64,000 nt of DNA from Ginglymostoma cirratum (GCA_024137785.1 JAHRHZ010000086.1:12426131-12490130), one strand, 5' to 3'; counted from the first letter of the stretch, positions 1 through 13,814 are shown. Program-made: numbers and translations. Notes: generated by a model from the sequence alone, not told the origin.

Positions 1-34
1 GGATTCTCCAGCATCTGCAGTACCTTTTATATCT
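1..34 (+). mobile_element. 3' tail of a Neptune-type PLE (element continues upstream of the window)
   Basis: GGATTCTCCAGCATCTGCAGTACCTTTTAT matches the tail at 25973-26002. Confidence 0.8.
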
Positions 35-310
35 GTTGTCCCAAGCCTAAGTAATAAATTAAATTCCATTTCTATTACATGAGATTTCAGGATTTTCATT
101 CGTGTTTTCGGATTTCATTTGTAATGAACATGGATCAGAGCCCCAAAGTTCTAATGACCATTTGAGCTTGTGACTCCAAGGTATTTTTCTCAAAAAAGAG
201 GGCTAATACAGCCAAAAATGGCTGTGCATAGAATGTCACACCAAAACATGTGAAAGAAACTTTAAGCAACAACACTTCAAAGGGGGATCAGACAAATCAA
301 AACAGACTGG

Positions 311-391
311 TCTAGGCCCGAAACGTCAGCCTTCCTGCTCCTCTGATGCTGCTTGGCCTGCTGTGTTCATCCAGCTCTACACCTTGTTATC
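311..391 (+). mobile_element. 81-bp Neptune PLE 3' fragment (half hammerhead, tail-less end)
   Basis: GGCCCGAAACGTC...CCTTGTTATC flanked by direct repeat ACAGACTGG (302-310, 392-400). Confidence 0.85.
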
Positions 392-561
392 ACAGACTGG
401 ACTGCAATCTCTTGTGACAATAAATATAAAAAGGCTGATCCCCTGATTAACAGCAAGCCATCCCCTGTGGATCATGTCATAAACTGCAGATGTACTTTGT
501 GTTTATATAATTAAAGAATACAAAAGCAAAGGATGCCCATCTTGAAGAATTTGTCCTCCTC

Positions 562-659
562 CCAACTTTCCTGTTCCCCTGATGCTGCCTGACCTGCTGT
601 GTTCCTCCAGATTCATACTGTGTTGTCTCTGACTCTAGCAACTGCAGTTCTTGCTATCA
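562..659 (+). mobile_element. Neptune PLE 3' fragment with tail
   Basis: CTGATGCTGCCTGACCTGCTGTGTTCCTCCAG...GCAGTTCTTGCTATC, homologous to 51620-51716. Confidence 0.75.
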
Positions 660-1664
660 CACAGGAGTTAAAGGGTCATTTTCAACTCTACTAGAGTGTA
701 TTAGTGGGACTGAAATTCTCATATGTAACAGTGCGCTAATGTACCCATGTATCAAGTGTTATCATGCTGTAAAAGCCACAGCTGAAGAACCACCCCCTAG
801 GCACCTCTGTGGCTCTCTCATTCTCTGAGCTTGAAATCAGCTAGCTAGCAAGCCGGGCAAAAGGAAACAGGACAACAGGATCTCAATCAACCTGCAAACC
901 TAAGAATCTTAAAATCAGCTGTTCAACCATCAGCATCAACACTACTGGGAACTTCTACTGCAATAGCCATAATATTCAACTATCCATTCTTTGCAAACAA
1001 TTCAGAGACTGAATAGAATATGAGGTTTTGTAAACTTTTATCTTTTTGTTCTCCTCCTTTCTTATATTATGTGTGTTGTGTTATTAATTCTTCTCAAGGT
1101 TAGTAATTAATAAACTCACTCTTTATTAACTTAACAAAGCCTGATCAGATTGGCATATTTAAAAGATAATTTCATTGTAAGGGAATGTCAATTCTGATAG
1201 TATTTAACTTTTCTTGAGGCATCTGTAGAAGATTTCAGACTTGATCTGACATTTTCTATCATTTTAAAGTTTACTTTAAGTCAATACTAAAGAGGCAGAG
1301 AAATAAAAAGAGCAAGTGTGTGATTGAAAACCATAAAGAAAGACACCAGAGTGAATGAGACCCAAAGGAAGCTCAGCAACTCCCGGAAGTCAGTTTGGTG
1401 GACCGACTTGGCTCCCAGAATCTAACCTATGAACCACTTAAGTTCATCTGAATTTAGTAACAGCAAGTCCACAGCAACAAAGTGCTTGTGTAAATAAAAA
1501 CTGTTTGAAGTTTGCATTACACCTGCATTTCACAAATGGGTATACTCACTACGTGTGTTAGCTGTATGTATTTTTACAAAGGAATGGCTAACAGGATTGA
1601 AATGAAGGGAAGCAGGGATTTACAATGCCCAGGCAGGTAGACTGGTTCACAGTTAAGTAACATC

Positions 1665-1990
1665 TTGTTTTTAAAGTTCTCATCCTTGTTTCAAAACCCT
1701 CCATGGGTTTGCCTCTCCCTAAACTGTAATCTTCTCTAACTCCACAATCCCCTGAGATATCTACACTCCTCTAATTAGTGCCTTTTGTGTGTTTCCAATC
1801 ATAATTGCTTCACCATTGGCAGCCATGCCTGCAGTTTTATAGGCTGTAAGCTCTGGAATGTCATTCCTACCTGTCAACCTCATTTTCCTCCTTTATGATC
1901 CTTCTGAAAATCTGCCTCTTTGACCAAGCTTTTGGTCTTATGATCTCCTTAAGAGGTTTGGGTGACATTTTGTTTTGTATTGTTCCGGCA
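1665..1990 (+). mobile_element. L2 LINE 3' end, degraded
   Basis: Decayed ORF2 C-terminus (FKVLILV..LHG..., CTCTGGAAT, CTCTTTGACCAAGCTTTTGGTC) typical of L2. Confidence 0.65.
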
Positions 1991-3574
1991 AGAAAATTGT
2001 GGTAGACTGCACTACAATGGCTCTACGTAAAACAACACAATAAAATTTTCAAATCTGTTATGTATTTAAATCTGTTGATGACAAGAGTAGGCAAAGTGCA
2101 GCCTGTGGGACACATCCTTTCATTTTCATTGTGTCTGTAGATACTTATCAGATTGGGGGGTTTCAGGAAATACTCTTTAGGAGCTAGAATCAGAGATTTT
2201 GAAATGGGAAGAAACTCAAGATAACCTTCTTTCCTCTGTAACAAGTGAGTGTTAACGAATCACACTAGGAAGTGGTCCAAGGTAATAAGGAATGATGGCT
2301 GGAGGTGGGCATCTTCCAAGGAAGAAACAGTGCAGCTGCCGTGGGAGGAGGGGAAATACTCATGGAGGGCAGCAGGATGATTTATAAGACAAGCAATTCT
2401 CTGATTGTCTTCTAATTTCTGTTGACATGGTATTATAAGCAGGCTATAAAATTGCCTATCACTATTTTCATTGATAAATGCAAACATTTATGCTGCTCTG
2501 ACTTCAATGAATTATTGATCAACAAGTGTTTCATCCCTACTCACTACACAAAACCAACATTGTGGAAAATCTGTAGATTTGATATTTACAAGTAGACTTC
2601 TTTTTTCTGAAAACTCTGTTAAAATACCCCAAGTAAAAACACAGCACTTTCATATTATGAGTATTATTGTATTGTAATTTAGATAACCATGATTGACAAT
2701 CCAATCTAATTAACTAACCAACTCAAGAATGATTCGTCATACCATAAGTGTTATTTTCTAATAATAGTAGCTCTTGTTAATATAATATTCAGGTGGCCCT
2801 CAACCACTGAAGTTGTTACATGGTCCTCCAGCCCAAATATTTGCCTTGTTTTTCCCAAACTTCCCACCCCTTAATACTGCTCTGTTGTGCCATACTACAT
2901 TTGGTGCGCAAGTGGCTGGAGTTGAACCTAAACTTAGAACATTCTGACTCCAAAGTCAGGATGTTACCCCCAAGACACAGTCAACACCAGTGGCAGATTA
3001 GAGCATGATTCTAAAACAGTACTTGTTTTGCAGAGGTTTGCCATTATGCCAATGATACAGTTTTAACTTGTATGTTTCAGTAGATTTGATCACCTGTTGT
3101 TGAATGTCATCTAAAAATTGGTTGAAGAGCATTCAGCAAAGTATGGGCAAGTCTCCAAACAAGTATTTTCTCCATTAAAGTTGAACCAACACATGACATC
3201 CCAAATGGTAACTTGGCTGAGACCCAGAAAAATATGCCCAACTATGCCTACTAAGTTTCAACATCAATTAAGGCAGCTGGGCTTAGCACTTTTCTTATGA
3301 ACTTACATACATTTAGATTGTGTATTGTGCATGCTGGATCTGAAATACATTTGTGTTATTAGAAATTTAATATATTGGAAAATTGCGATATCTAAAAATG
3401 ATGCTTTGTCTCTAAAATCCCTCCTACCTTTTAGCGGAGAAAGCGTTATATTTGACATTTGCAATTCAACAGCTGTTTACACAGCCATTTCTTAGTCAGT
3501 GAGCCTACAAACTGGTCAATAAATGTGGAGCTGGAAAAGCACAGCAGGTCAGAGAGCATCCAAGGAGCAAGACA

Positions 3575-3609
3575 GTCAATGTTTTGAGCCGAAACCCTTC
3601 GTCAGAACA
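3575..3609 (-). ncRNA. Minimal hammerhead ribozyme motif, degenerate
   Basis: Reverse complement GTT-CTGACGA-A-GGGT-TTCG-GCTC-AAAA-CATT-GAC. Confidence 0.5.
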
Positions 3610-3889
3610 GGGGAGGGGGAAGGAAGCCCAAAAATAAGTAGAGGGAGGGAGGTGTGGTTGGGGGAGGGTGGGTGGCATGGAGATAGGTGGATGCAAGCAA
3701 GGGGTAATTGAGGTTGATCAGTGGGAAAGCTGGAGCGGATAGGTGAGTAGGCAGATGGACAGGTTGGGGGTGGAGAGATTTTGAAGCTGATGATGCAGGT
3801 AGGGGGTTATCGCGGTTGGTCAGTGGGAAGGGTGGAGTGGATAAGCGAGTTAGAAGATGTATAGGTCAGGGGTGGAGAGATTTTGAAGC

Positions 3890-5140
3890 TGGTGAAGTCA
3901 ATATTCAGGCCATTGGCCTAAAGCACCCAAGGCCAAATATCAGGTATTGTTCCTCCAATTTACATTTGGCCTCACTCTGGAGGAGGCCAAGAATGGACAT
4001 ATGATCAGGGGAGTGGGAAGGGGAGTTAAAGTGGATGGCAACCAGAAGGTTGAGTTGGTAAATGCGTGCAGAGCGCATGTAACTCTGTGAACCGGTCCCC
4101 GAGTCTGTGTTTGGTCTCCCCGATATACAGGACACCACACCGGGAGCAACAGATACAGTAGTTGAGGTTAGATGAAGTGCAGGTGGATCTCTGTCAGATT
4201 TGGAAGGGTTGTTTGAGGCCTTGGACAGAGGTGAGAGGGGAGGTGAAGGGGCAGGTGTAGCACCTCCTGCAGTTGCAGGGACAGGTACCAGGTGTGGTGG
4301 ATGGGTTGGTGGGGATGTGAAGCTGACAAGGAAGTCATGGAGTGAACGGTCCCTGCGGAAAGTGGATAGGGGTGGGGAGGGAAATATCTTTTTGGGGTGA
4401 GGTCTGATTGTAGGTGGCGGAAATGTCTGAGGATGATGCATTGTATTTGAAGGTTGGTGGGGTGGTACATGAGGACTAAGGGGATTCTGTCCTTATTGTT
4501 GTTGTTGGGAGAGGGTTTGAGGGCAGAAGCGTGGGGAATGGGGGAGATGCGGTGAGGGCATTGTTAATAACAGAGGAGGGGTAATTACGGTCCCTAAAGT
4601 AGGAGGATATTTGGGAAGTCCTACATGAGCACACCTCATCCCTTAAGCAGATGCGGTGGAGGCGGAGGAATTGTGAGTATCGGATAGCATTTTTGTAGAA
4701 GGGTGGGTGAGAGGAGGTGTACTTGTAATTGTGGGAGTCAGTGGGTTTGAAATAGGTGTCAATGGTGAGTCTGTTACTGGAGATGGACAGGTCCAGGAAG
4801 GGGAGGGAGGTGTCAGAAATGGTCCAGGTGAATTTGAGGGCACGGTGGAAGGTGTTGGCAAAGTTGATGAACTGTTCGTGTTCCACACAGGACCGCGAGG
4901 CAGCACCAATACAGTCATCAATGTAATGGAGGAAGATGTGATGAATGGCGCTGGTGAAGTTGTTGAAGAGGGACTGTTCCATGAATCCTACAAAGAGGCA
5001 GGCATAGTTTGGACCCAAGCAAGTGCCCACGGCCATTCCTTTGGTTTGTAGGAAGTGGGAGGAATGAAAGGAAAAGTGAGGACCAGTTCTGCCAGTGTCG
5101 GTGGAGGGGGACTGGTTGAGCCTATGGGAGACGAAGAAGC
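3890..5140 (-). pseudogene. 5'-truncated PLE RT (C-terminal half) plus GIY-YIG endonuclease, frameshifted
   Basis: MAVGTCLGPNYACLFVG, YIDD, LPFLDL, FKPTDSH; HFNSPSHS..SILGL..EQYLIFGLG. Confidence 0.9.
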
Positions 5141-5158
5141 ACTGACACCACCAACCAG

Positions 5159-7450
5159 GTGACGACCACTGATGCTGCCGACCACATTGTTACTTTTGCT
5201 TCTGCCCATGTGACTGCTCCTGTACACACACCCACTCCAGCTGTAGTGTCCACCCCTGCTCCTAGCTCCAGCTCAACTCTCAGTCCCAGCCTCAGGCCCT
5301 GCCAGGTATTCACCATAACCACAGGCCTCCCCCACACTGACACTGAATGGTCAGTCCTCAGCAAAGGACTCACCTTCATTCCCCTGCACCCAGACATGAA
5401 CAACTTCCACGCACACATCGATGTCAAGCTGTTTTACCGCTGCCTCCACCTCTGCATCTATTTCTTTGAATGAGAACCTAACCCACCCTCTAATGACCCA
5501 TTCTCCTGCCTCTAGCAAACGCCACCTTCCTGGACATCCCCTCCCAGCCTCCTACCCTCCCTTGATCTCTTTGTCTCCCACTGCTGCCGTGACATCAATT
5601 GCCTGAATCTCTTCACCCCTCTCACTTACTCCAACCTCCCCCCATCGGAACATGCAATCCTCTGCTCCCTTCGCTCCATTCCCAACCTCATCATTAAACA
5701 TGCTGACAAGGGGGCTGCGGTGGTAGTATGGTGACCTGACCTCTACATTGCTGAGACCAGACGCCAACCTTCTGACACTTCCTCCTACCATCCCCTCAAT
5801 CACGACCCCACCTCTGATCATCAAGCCATCATCTCCCTGACCATCAACATCCTCATCACCTCAGGAGATTTCCTGATAGTTCCCCAACACTGCACTGCCC
5901 CTTTCTATCTCCTACCCAAAAGCCATAAACACAAATGCCCCAGTTGACCCATTGTCTCTACCTGCTCTTGCTCCACTGAGTTCATCTCCTCCTACCTCAA
6001 CTCCGTTCTTTCCCCTTTGGTCCAGGAACTCACCACCTACATGCGGGACACAACCCACGCCCTCCACCTTTTCCAAAACTTTCACTTCCCCGGCCCCCAG
6101 TAACTCATCTTCACCATGGACCTGTACACATGTAACCCCATGAGGATAACCTAAAAGCCCTCTGTTTCTTCCTCTCCCATAGCCCAACCATTCCCTGTCC
6201 ACCAACACTCTCATTCACTTGGTGGAACTGGTTCTCACCATCAACAATTTTTCCTTTGATTTCTCCAGCTTCCTACAAAACAAAGGGGTGGTCATGGGCA
6301 CCCACATGGGCCAAGGTTATGCCTGGCTCTTTGTGGGATTCATGGAACAGTCCCTCTTCAACAACTATACCGGCAGCATTCCTCGCCCCTTCCTCTGCTG
6401 CATTGATGACTATATCAGTACCGCCTCACGTTCCTGCGAGGAGCTCGAACAGTTCATCAACTTTGCCAACACCTTCCACCGCGCCCTCAAATTCACCTGG
6501 ACCATTTCTGACACCTCCCTCCCCTTCCTAGACCTCTCCAACTTCATCTCCGGTAACTGATTCACCACTGACATCCATTTCAAACCCACTGACTCCCACA
6601 ATTACCTCAGCTACACTTTCTCTCACCCACTCTCCTGCAAAAATGTTATCCCATACTCATAATTCCTCTGCCTCCACTGCATCTGCTCACAGGATGAGGT
6701 GTTCTTCTCTAGGACTTCCCAGATATCCTCCTACTTTAGGGACCGTAGTTTCCCCACCTCTGTTATTAAGGATACCCTCAACTGCATCTCCCCTATTTTC
6801 CTCACTTCTGCCTTCCAACCCTCTCCCCACAACAATAATAAGGATAGAGTCCCCTGAGTCCTCATGTACCACCCCACCAACCTACAAATACAATGCATCA
6901 TCCTCTGAATTTCCGCCACCTACAATCAGACCCCAACACCAAAAAGATATTCCCCTCCCCACCCCTGTTCACTTTCCGCAGGGACCATTCACTCCATGAC
7001 TTCCTTGTAAGCTCCACATCCCCACCAACCCATCCACCACACCTGGTACCTTTCCCTGCAACCACAGGAGATGCTCCTTCACCTCCCCTCTCACCTGGGT
7101 CCAAGACCCCAAGCAACCCATCCAAATCCAGCAGAGATACACTTGCACTTCATCTAACCTCAACGACTATATCTGTTGCTCCCAATGTGGTCTCCTTTAC
7201 ATTGGGGAGACCAAACACAGACTTGGGGACCAGTTTGCAGAGTTAAATGCACTCTGCATGCACCAACAAATCCAACCTTCTGGTTGCCATCCACTTTAAC
7301 TCCCCCTCCCACTCCCCTGGTGACATGTCCATCCCTGGCCTCCTCTAGAGTGAGGCCAAATGTAAATTGGAGAAACAACACCTGATATTTCACCTTGGGA
7401 GCTTTAGGCCAATGGCCTGAATATTGACTTTACCAGCTTCAAAATCTCTC
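5159..7450 (+). pseudogene. Near full-length PLE ORF (N-terminal domain, RT, Cys linker, GIY-YIG), disrupted
   Basis: VLSKGLTFIP, ADKGAAVVVW, NNFSF, GVVMGT, CIDD, LPFLDL, endonuclease motifs; several stops and frameshifts. Confidence 0.9.
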
Positions 7451-7811
7451 CACCCCCAACTTGTCCAACTGCCTACTCACCTATCCGCTTCACCCTTCCC
7501 ACTGACCAACCACAATAATTGCTTGCCTGCAACCATCTATCTCCATGCCACCTACCCTCTCCCCAGCCCCATCTTCCTCCATCTATTTATTTTTGGGCTT
7601 CCATCCCTCTCCCCAGACCTGGCAAAGGATTTTGACCCAAAACATTGATTTCCCTGCTCCTTGGATGCAGTTTGACCTTCTGTGCTTTTCCAGCTCCACA
7701 TTTATTGACTATAGCTTCTAGCATCTGCAGTCTTTACTGTCTCCAAGCCTACAAACTGAGTTGGTTTGTGGCTTGGATCAAAGTTTGTAATGTGTCTAAC
7801 TTTAATGCTGT

Positions 7812-7960
7812 TTCAAAAAGACATCGCCTCCACCAATGCAACACTGCCTCACTCTTGCTCTGTGAGTGTCAGCCCAAATCAGTCACCAAGCATCTGGAGT
7901 GTGGTTTGAACCTACAATCTTTTGGATTCAGTGACAAGAATGTCACTACTGAGTCACAAT
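7812..7960 (-). mobile_element. tRNA-derived Deu-domain SINE (SacSINE1-like), 5' part
   Basis: Reverse complement GTGACTCAGTAGTGACA...GGTTCAAACCACACTCCAG...GGGCTGACAC. Confidence 0.6.
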
Positions 7961-8269
7961 GAGATTAATAATGACATATACGCTTGTTTATTGATTTCCA
8001 TAACCCCTATGGAAGGACTGTAGAATTTGCTACTTTGATGGTTTGAGAAAATAGGCATTCCACAATATTGGTCTAGTGAAGTGTCCTGAAGTTTACTGGC
8101 ATTACTTCAATGGACTTTGACAGCAACTGAATTACTTTCCTTTTCAAATAGTTTGATTTCCCCAGTGGGTAAATATTTGGTCTGTTGACATATTGCATTA
8201 AATGGATTGGGAAATTCTAAAGTTCAACTGTCCAGTCTGTGCAGAGATCTGATCACTTTTCTCTTAAAA

Positions 8270-9060
8270 GTTACTTGTTCATAGGATGTAAGCATCACTT
8301 ACAAGGCCGGCATTCATTGCCCATCCTTACCTGACCTTGAGAAGGTGGCAGTGAGTTCTAAAACTATTACAGGCTATACTCCCACTGTGATTTTAGTTAG
8401 GGATGTCCAGGGATTTCACCCGGTGAAAGTGAAGGAACAGCAATATTATTAGATTAGAATACTGCATTACTTGGAGAAGGACTTGCAGGTGGAGGTGCTT
8501 CCAAGCTTCTGCTGCTGCTGTCTTTCTAAGTTGAAGTCAGACATTTGGAAGGTATTGTTGAATGTGATTTGCATGTTGCTGTGGCATTTCTTGTGTGTTA
8601 TTCACTGTTGCATGGTGTAGGAACCAATTGTTTAGAACCCTAAAGGGGTTGAAATCAACCGGGATGTGTTTTGGATGATATCGAGCTTCTCAAGTGTTGT
8701 TGGAACTGCACTCACCCAGGCAATTGGAAAATATCCCATCTCATTCCCAACTTATGTGGTGTAGATGGGCTTTGGGAGTCAGCAGGTGAGTTACTCACCA
8801 CATAATACCCAACCTCTGACTGCTCTGATAGCCATCGTATTTATCTTCTAGTTATTCTCCGGTCAATGGTGAGCCCCTAGAATGTTGATGACTGGGCTTC
8901 TGCAATGGTAACGCTGTTGAATGTCAGAGAGTGGTTATATTCACTGTTACTGGAGATTATCATTATATGGGACTTGTGTGATGTTATTGTTGCTTGGCAT
9001 TTTTCTGTTCAAGCCTCTTTGTTGTCTAAGTCTTCCTGCTTGCAGAAACAGACTACCTCA
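8270..9060 (-). mobile_element. CR1/L2-group LINE 3' fragment
   Basis: GCATTCATTGCCCATCC...CTTGAGAAGGTGG is the reverse complement of the 3' end at 18490-18550. Confidence 0.7.
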
Positions 9061-9077
9061 ACATCTGTGGTCCTACA

Positions 9078-9145
9078 GCAAAATACTGTGGATGCTAGAA
9101 ATCTTAAATAAAACAGAAAATGCTGGAAATATACAGCAGCTCTGT
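9078..9145 (-). mobile_element. PLE family-2 3' fragment with tail
   Basis: AAATACTGTGGATGCTAGAAATCT...AACAGAAAATGCTGGAAA, homologous to 30775-30845. Confidence 0.6.
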
Positions 9146-11167
9146 TCTTATTTCATTATTATGAGATGTGAAGCCTGGAAACAAGCACCATGCAATCTGG
9201 GTTAAAACATGTTTCACTGTCTTGACCATAGTTATGGCTTCCTGCTGATGACTGCAAAGAATTGATGACAGTGAGAAAGCACCTTTTCTAGTCTTAGCTT
9301 GTGAATAACCTGTTAATTTTCAATATCTGGGCTTCCACATAAAAAAATTAATGGGTGAGTTCTTGGCATTGGTCCGTCAGTACCTTTCAAACCATATCTA
9401 ATGAGTTAGCAGTTTTAGGAGGAAGGGATAGAATAACGTCTGTATACGTCCTCATTTACAACCAAACAATTTGCAGAGATTCTGATAAATTTAATCGTTT
9501 TTTTAATAAAATAAATAGTACTTCAGTTTATTTTAAACCAGTCACTTACAGGCAACTAAAACAAATTGCCTATGTATTGCTTTTTGGAATAAATCCTGTC
9601 TCTTAACAGTGTATTTTCCCGCCACAGGATTGGCTTTAAACTAATTTAGTAAAAATACAATAAATAATAAATGGGGAGTCCATTTGTGCATGTAAAAACA
9701 TTTCACAAAAAAGTGTCCTCTTTTTATCTTTAAAAAATATCTTCAATTTCAATGGACTTAATCTGCAGAAGTGGGCGCAATGTCAGAATCAACATAAATA
9801 TGCATCCAGAAAAAGAATGAGACTGGGGAAAACTAAAGTAAGAAATGCATGGTGAGGAATGGTTTCAGCTTTGCCAATGCTGAATTGAAGCAGTCCACAT
9901 ACAACATAAAGTCAGAGGGTAGTCGAAGGAGATCGTCGAGCTAGTGACATTAGCACGTATTTGCTTATGGATACTGTCAAGAAGCAGGAGTAACTGGAAC
10001 AGAAACCTGGCCTGATTTTCTCCCCATCCTGTTGAGGGGTGCCAAAGCCAATAGACATTTCCTACTGCTGCTCCAATTGAGATTAGCTAACAGCACAAAG
10101 CAAGGACTGAATCTCCATCCGCCAGTCTAGGTAACCTGATGCCACTGCCAATTTGTGTTCGATCAATTTTGCTGACTATGATAAAAATTGTTTTAGGCTT
10201 CAAGACAAGTTCCCCACCCCTGCAAATAACAAATCAAGGAACAGACCACTTTCTGCTTTGTGTCATCATGCTTTGTGAAACCAAAACTTTTCATGCCAAT
10301 AAAATCAGAATTATCCTTGTAGTCTGACTTCTCCCATCGAACTGAATTAAAATGAAGGGAAGAATTCAATTTGTCACATTTAAACAGCTGACTGGAGAAT
10401 TTTCTTGACCTTTGAAATGGAAGTGAAATGAGTGACCAGTTCATTAAACATAATTCGGTGCATGGTACCATCTGATGCCCATCTACTGAAGTTCTCGCAG
10501 GCTGCTAGGGAAATAGTCAACAGATGCTGAAGTCATTCTTCATTCAGACCCAGATATCGAGAAGTATATTATTATAAAATTAAACCTTAAGGCAACAAAA
10601 TACTAGTTGTATCTGTTTCCAAAAAGGAAAAAAACATTTCAACAATGGACTATTTATGTTTTTTCTCCTGTTTAAATATTTTTTTAAGAATTATCTGGAA
10701 CAGATATTTTTGGCAGTGCTGAGTAGCAGCTGAGCAAAATGCTCTAATCTTCATAAAGTCCTCTTCACATAGTAGGCATTTTCAATGTAATGTGAGAAAT
10801 TGCACCACATTCCATCAGGCAGATCCGTGCAGCCGTTACAGCTGTTAAAATAGCTGCGCTCACCGTCACTTACTTTAAGCAGCAAAAAATTAATCTCAAA
10901 TGCTTTTTCAGCCTATCACTCAACTGGATAAATGTATCTGCATTTCTGTAATATGCTCATTTTTTTTTCTTATCTTTCTAGGGCTGTTCAGTATCATACT
11001 TTCTTTCTTATGTTCAGATGAGTTAGGTGGTATTTCTTATGTAAATCACCCAATGTTTACATTTTCCAATAGGATTAATGGTAGCAGAGATATCCAAGGT
11101 GGGACATGCACATTTATTTGACTTTGGTTCTTCTCTTTTAGTGGACATACTTGGCTTCTATGGAACA

Positions 11168-11283
11168 TCTGAAGAAGTTCTGAAAAAGAGTCATACTGTG
11201 TTCAGAACATTAACCCCAGTCTCTTTCCACAGATGCTACCAGAGCTGCTGCGCTCTCCAGTGTTTTCTGTGTTTATTTCTACT
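11168..11283 (+). mobile_element. PLE family-2 3' fragment with decayed hammerhead
   Basis: AGTT-CTGAAAA-AGAGTC...ACATTAAC...CACAGATGCT...TTTTCTG. Confidence 0.6.
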
Positions 11284-13814
11284 GAATGTCTCCTGGATGT
11301 TGCAATCAAGACCAAAATTATTTCAGAAATATCACTGGTAAAATGACAAACTCTAATCATTGGGCTGCAGTGCAAGATATTGTTTTCCTATTGAAGTTTT
11401 TTAAAATTCAATATTCATTATGTTCTTCAGACTCAATTTCTTGCATAAAATATGTGATAATAGTTCATTACTTCTGATTATAGAAACTTGATCTACCACC
11501 AAACCATTCCAATTTTACCCTCTTTTGCTGTCACTCTAACATTCGCTCTGACTCACATCTGGGTATGATTCCAAATCCATCAGGCACTCTCCAGTGCCCT
11601 TCCCCAAACATTCAATGTTCACTTCAAAAGGTTTAAACCTTGGCAAGCCACTCAATTATAAGGGGGAATGCAACTGAAACCACCATGTCCTCAGCTCTCA
11701 TGGACACATCTCCAGCACACTGCACAATCATGTTGATTTTGCCTTTCCAACTCAGAGCACTGAGACCCATGGTAAAGTGACTAGTGGTGCCCAAGCTGAA
11801 GGAACCAGACACAGGGGAATCAAACTTGAGAACTCCTGGTCTAAATGACATAACCTTTGTGTTGCTTTAATTAACATAGTCCTGACCATTGAGCTTATAA
11901 TTGAGTGAACTGAGAAGGCTATAACAAGCATTCAGAAATTTCTGTACATGCCTATTCGACAGTTTCTGGGCTGGGTTTGAGTGTAATATAATGCAAATAA
12001 GATAAGAGCATGCACTTTTCAGTTAACTACATACATTAGGCATGAAGTAGTCAGTGCATAGCTTATTCAACCTTCTGTAAGAAAGCAGTGGGTTCAGCGT
12101 AGTGTTACAACTAAGACATTTGAAAAACATTTCCTGATATTTATCTACACAATATCCAGCCACTATCTGATTTTTCAATGAATATTATTCCCTCTCTCTA
12201 GAGATACAAAGCACCTCATTGTGGGTGATCCATTCTTATATTGTTTTGAAAGTGAAGCACCAAACCCTCAAGAGGTCATGCCAATCCGGACTCCCTCCCT
12301 CAATCCCACATGGGAAAGGATATGGCCTTCGGGAGCCAGTGTCTTCAGCTGATACTGCACCAGACAGGAGTAATGTGAGCCTCAATTTGAACCTAACACA
12401 CACATCAGTGGACCTGAACCAGCCTCTTTGCCACTGGGTTGTTTCAATCACAGATGGGATTTTGGTGTTTGAGGAAAAACTGGACGAATCCAGGAGCTCA
12501 CACTTCTTGTTGCAAGATTCTGCTGTCCTAATATTTTGAGAAAAGATTAATGAAATTTCTTCAGCAATCATTTCACTCAGAAATCTTCCTATTACAAGCA
12601 TTCTAAAAATATCTAGTCAGAGTCTAGAAGACTCAATGCTGAAATAATTTTATTTGATAAATGTGCCACAGACCCTATTTGATAAGTGCTGAAATAGATT
12701 TATTACTGATAGCTTCAGTTTTGACATCAATCTAAGCCTGGAATTTTTCTCATTATATTTTAGTCATCTTTGACAGACAAGATCAAGATTTCTGAAGGTG
12801 CTAAGGGAGAGAACAAGGCTAGAGATTGTAGGAGTTCTATTACAATGCCCTGATAGCAGCCATGGTAAATATATCAATAAGTTTGCAGCATGTTCTAGAC
12901 TGATGCTCACTGTTCTCCCACTAGACTGTTTCCCAATTGTACAAACAAAATACACTTCAATGCTCAATTGTTTAAACATTACAAAGTATTTGTGTTTCAA
13001 CATGTCATTAGTCTCACACTTGCACTGCTTGATTTATGTGCTGGAGCCAGTTGCTGGTTTATTCAACATAAATGCAGCCGTCCCAAAAGATATCATCTGT
13101 TTCTCAATGGTGTGCAAGATCTCTTTACTTGCACTGTTTCAACATTAACCCCTGTTGGTTACTGCGTCTTTCAACTACACACTGCCAGAAAGCCAGAGAC
13201 TCATATCAACATTTCTGATTCCATCAGAGCTCTACGGCATTTGAAATGACATGGGAAAGCTACAAGCGTAGCAGCTATGATTCTGTATTGCACTGAAGCA
13301 AAACGTTATTAGCCACAGCACAATGGGCCAGTTTGGCAGCCCTCTTGAGTTAAATTATCATCTTCCCACGCACAACACGGGGCCAGGCTGATGCTCGCAT
13401 AAATGAGGCAGGTGAGTGAATCTTTCCATAACGGATGCAAGACTGCAAACATTTGGATCAAATAAAAATAACTTAAAGCATATATTTTTCTCCACCAATG
13501 TGTAAATATGGATCTTACATGACAGCAAGCTATTGGTAAGTGTTTTTGAAATTTTCAGCACTTTGTATTTGCTAGCAGCCAAAAACAAGCACGACAATTG
13601 TGAGTAACCCACATCTTTTCAATGGGGTATACAGGCAGCATGCCAACTTTGTGCTGCCTATTGATTAGCATGATTGCAACAGGTAGCATGCCTCAGCAGA
13701 GTGCCTAAGATCATGTAAAGCTGATGGCAGTTGACACCCATCATCCCTTAAAGGGAGGTATATTGTAGCTGGAGCAGCTACTAAAAGGTATTCTATCTGA
13801 TCTAGGAAAGACAG

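Larger units (their letters stand above)
120..1260 (+). mobile_element. Degraded solo-LTR-like repeat with two nested PLE fragments
   Basis: Starts TGTAATG; AATAAA followed by a T-rich U5-like block similar in layout to 41708-42490; right end uncertain. Confidence 0.35.
3515..7745. mobile_element. Neptune-type PLE inverted composite: minus arm 3515-5140 and plus arm 5141-7745
   Basis: Two homologous arms in opposite orientation; perfect 13-bp TSD AGCCTACAAACTG at 3502-3514 and 7746-7758. Confidence 0.92.

Noticed and set aside
330-391. Second hammerhead explaining the fixed TTGTTATC end
   Set aside because: The sequence is CTGATGC, not CTGATGA, and there is no GAAA box.
11520-13300. Cluster of 70-120 aa ORFs as host exons
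   Set aside because: No recognisable domain; appears to be decayed transposon and SINE sequence.
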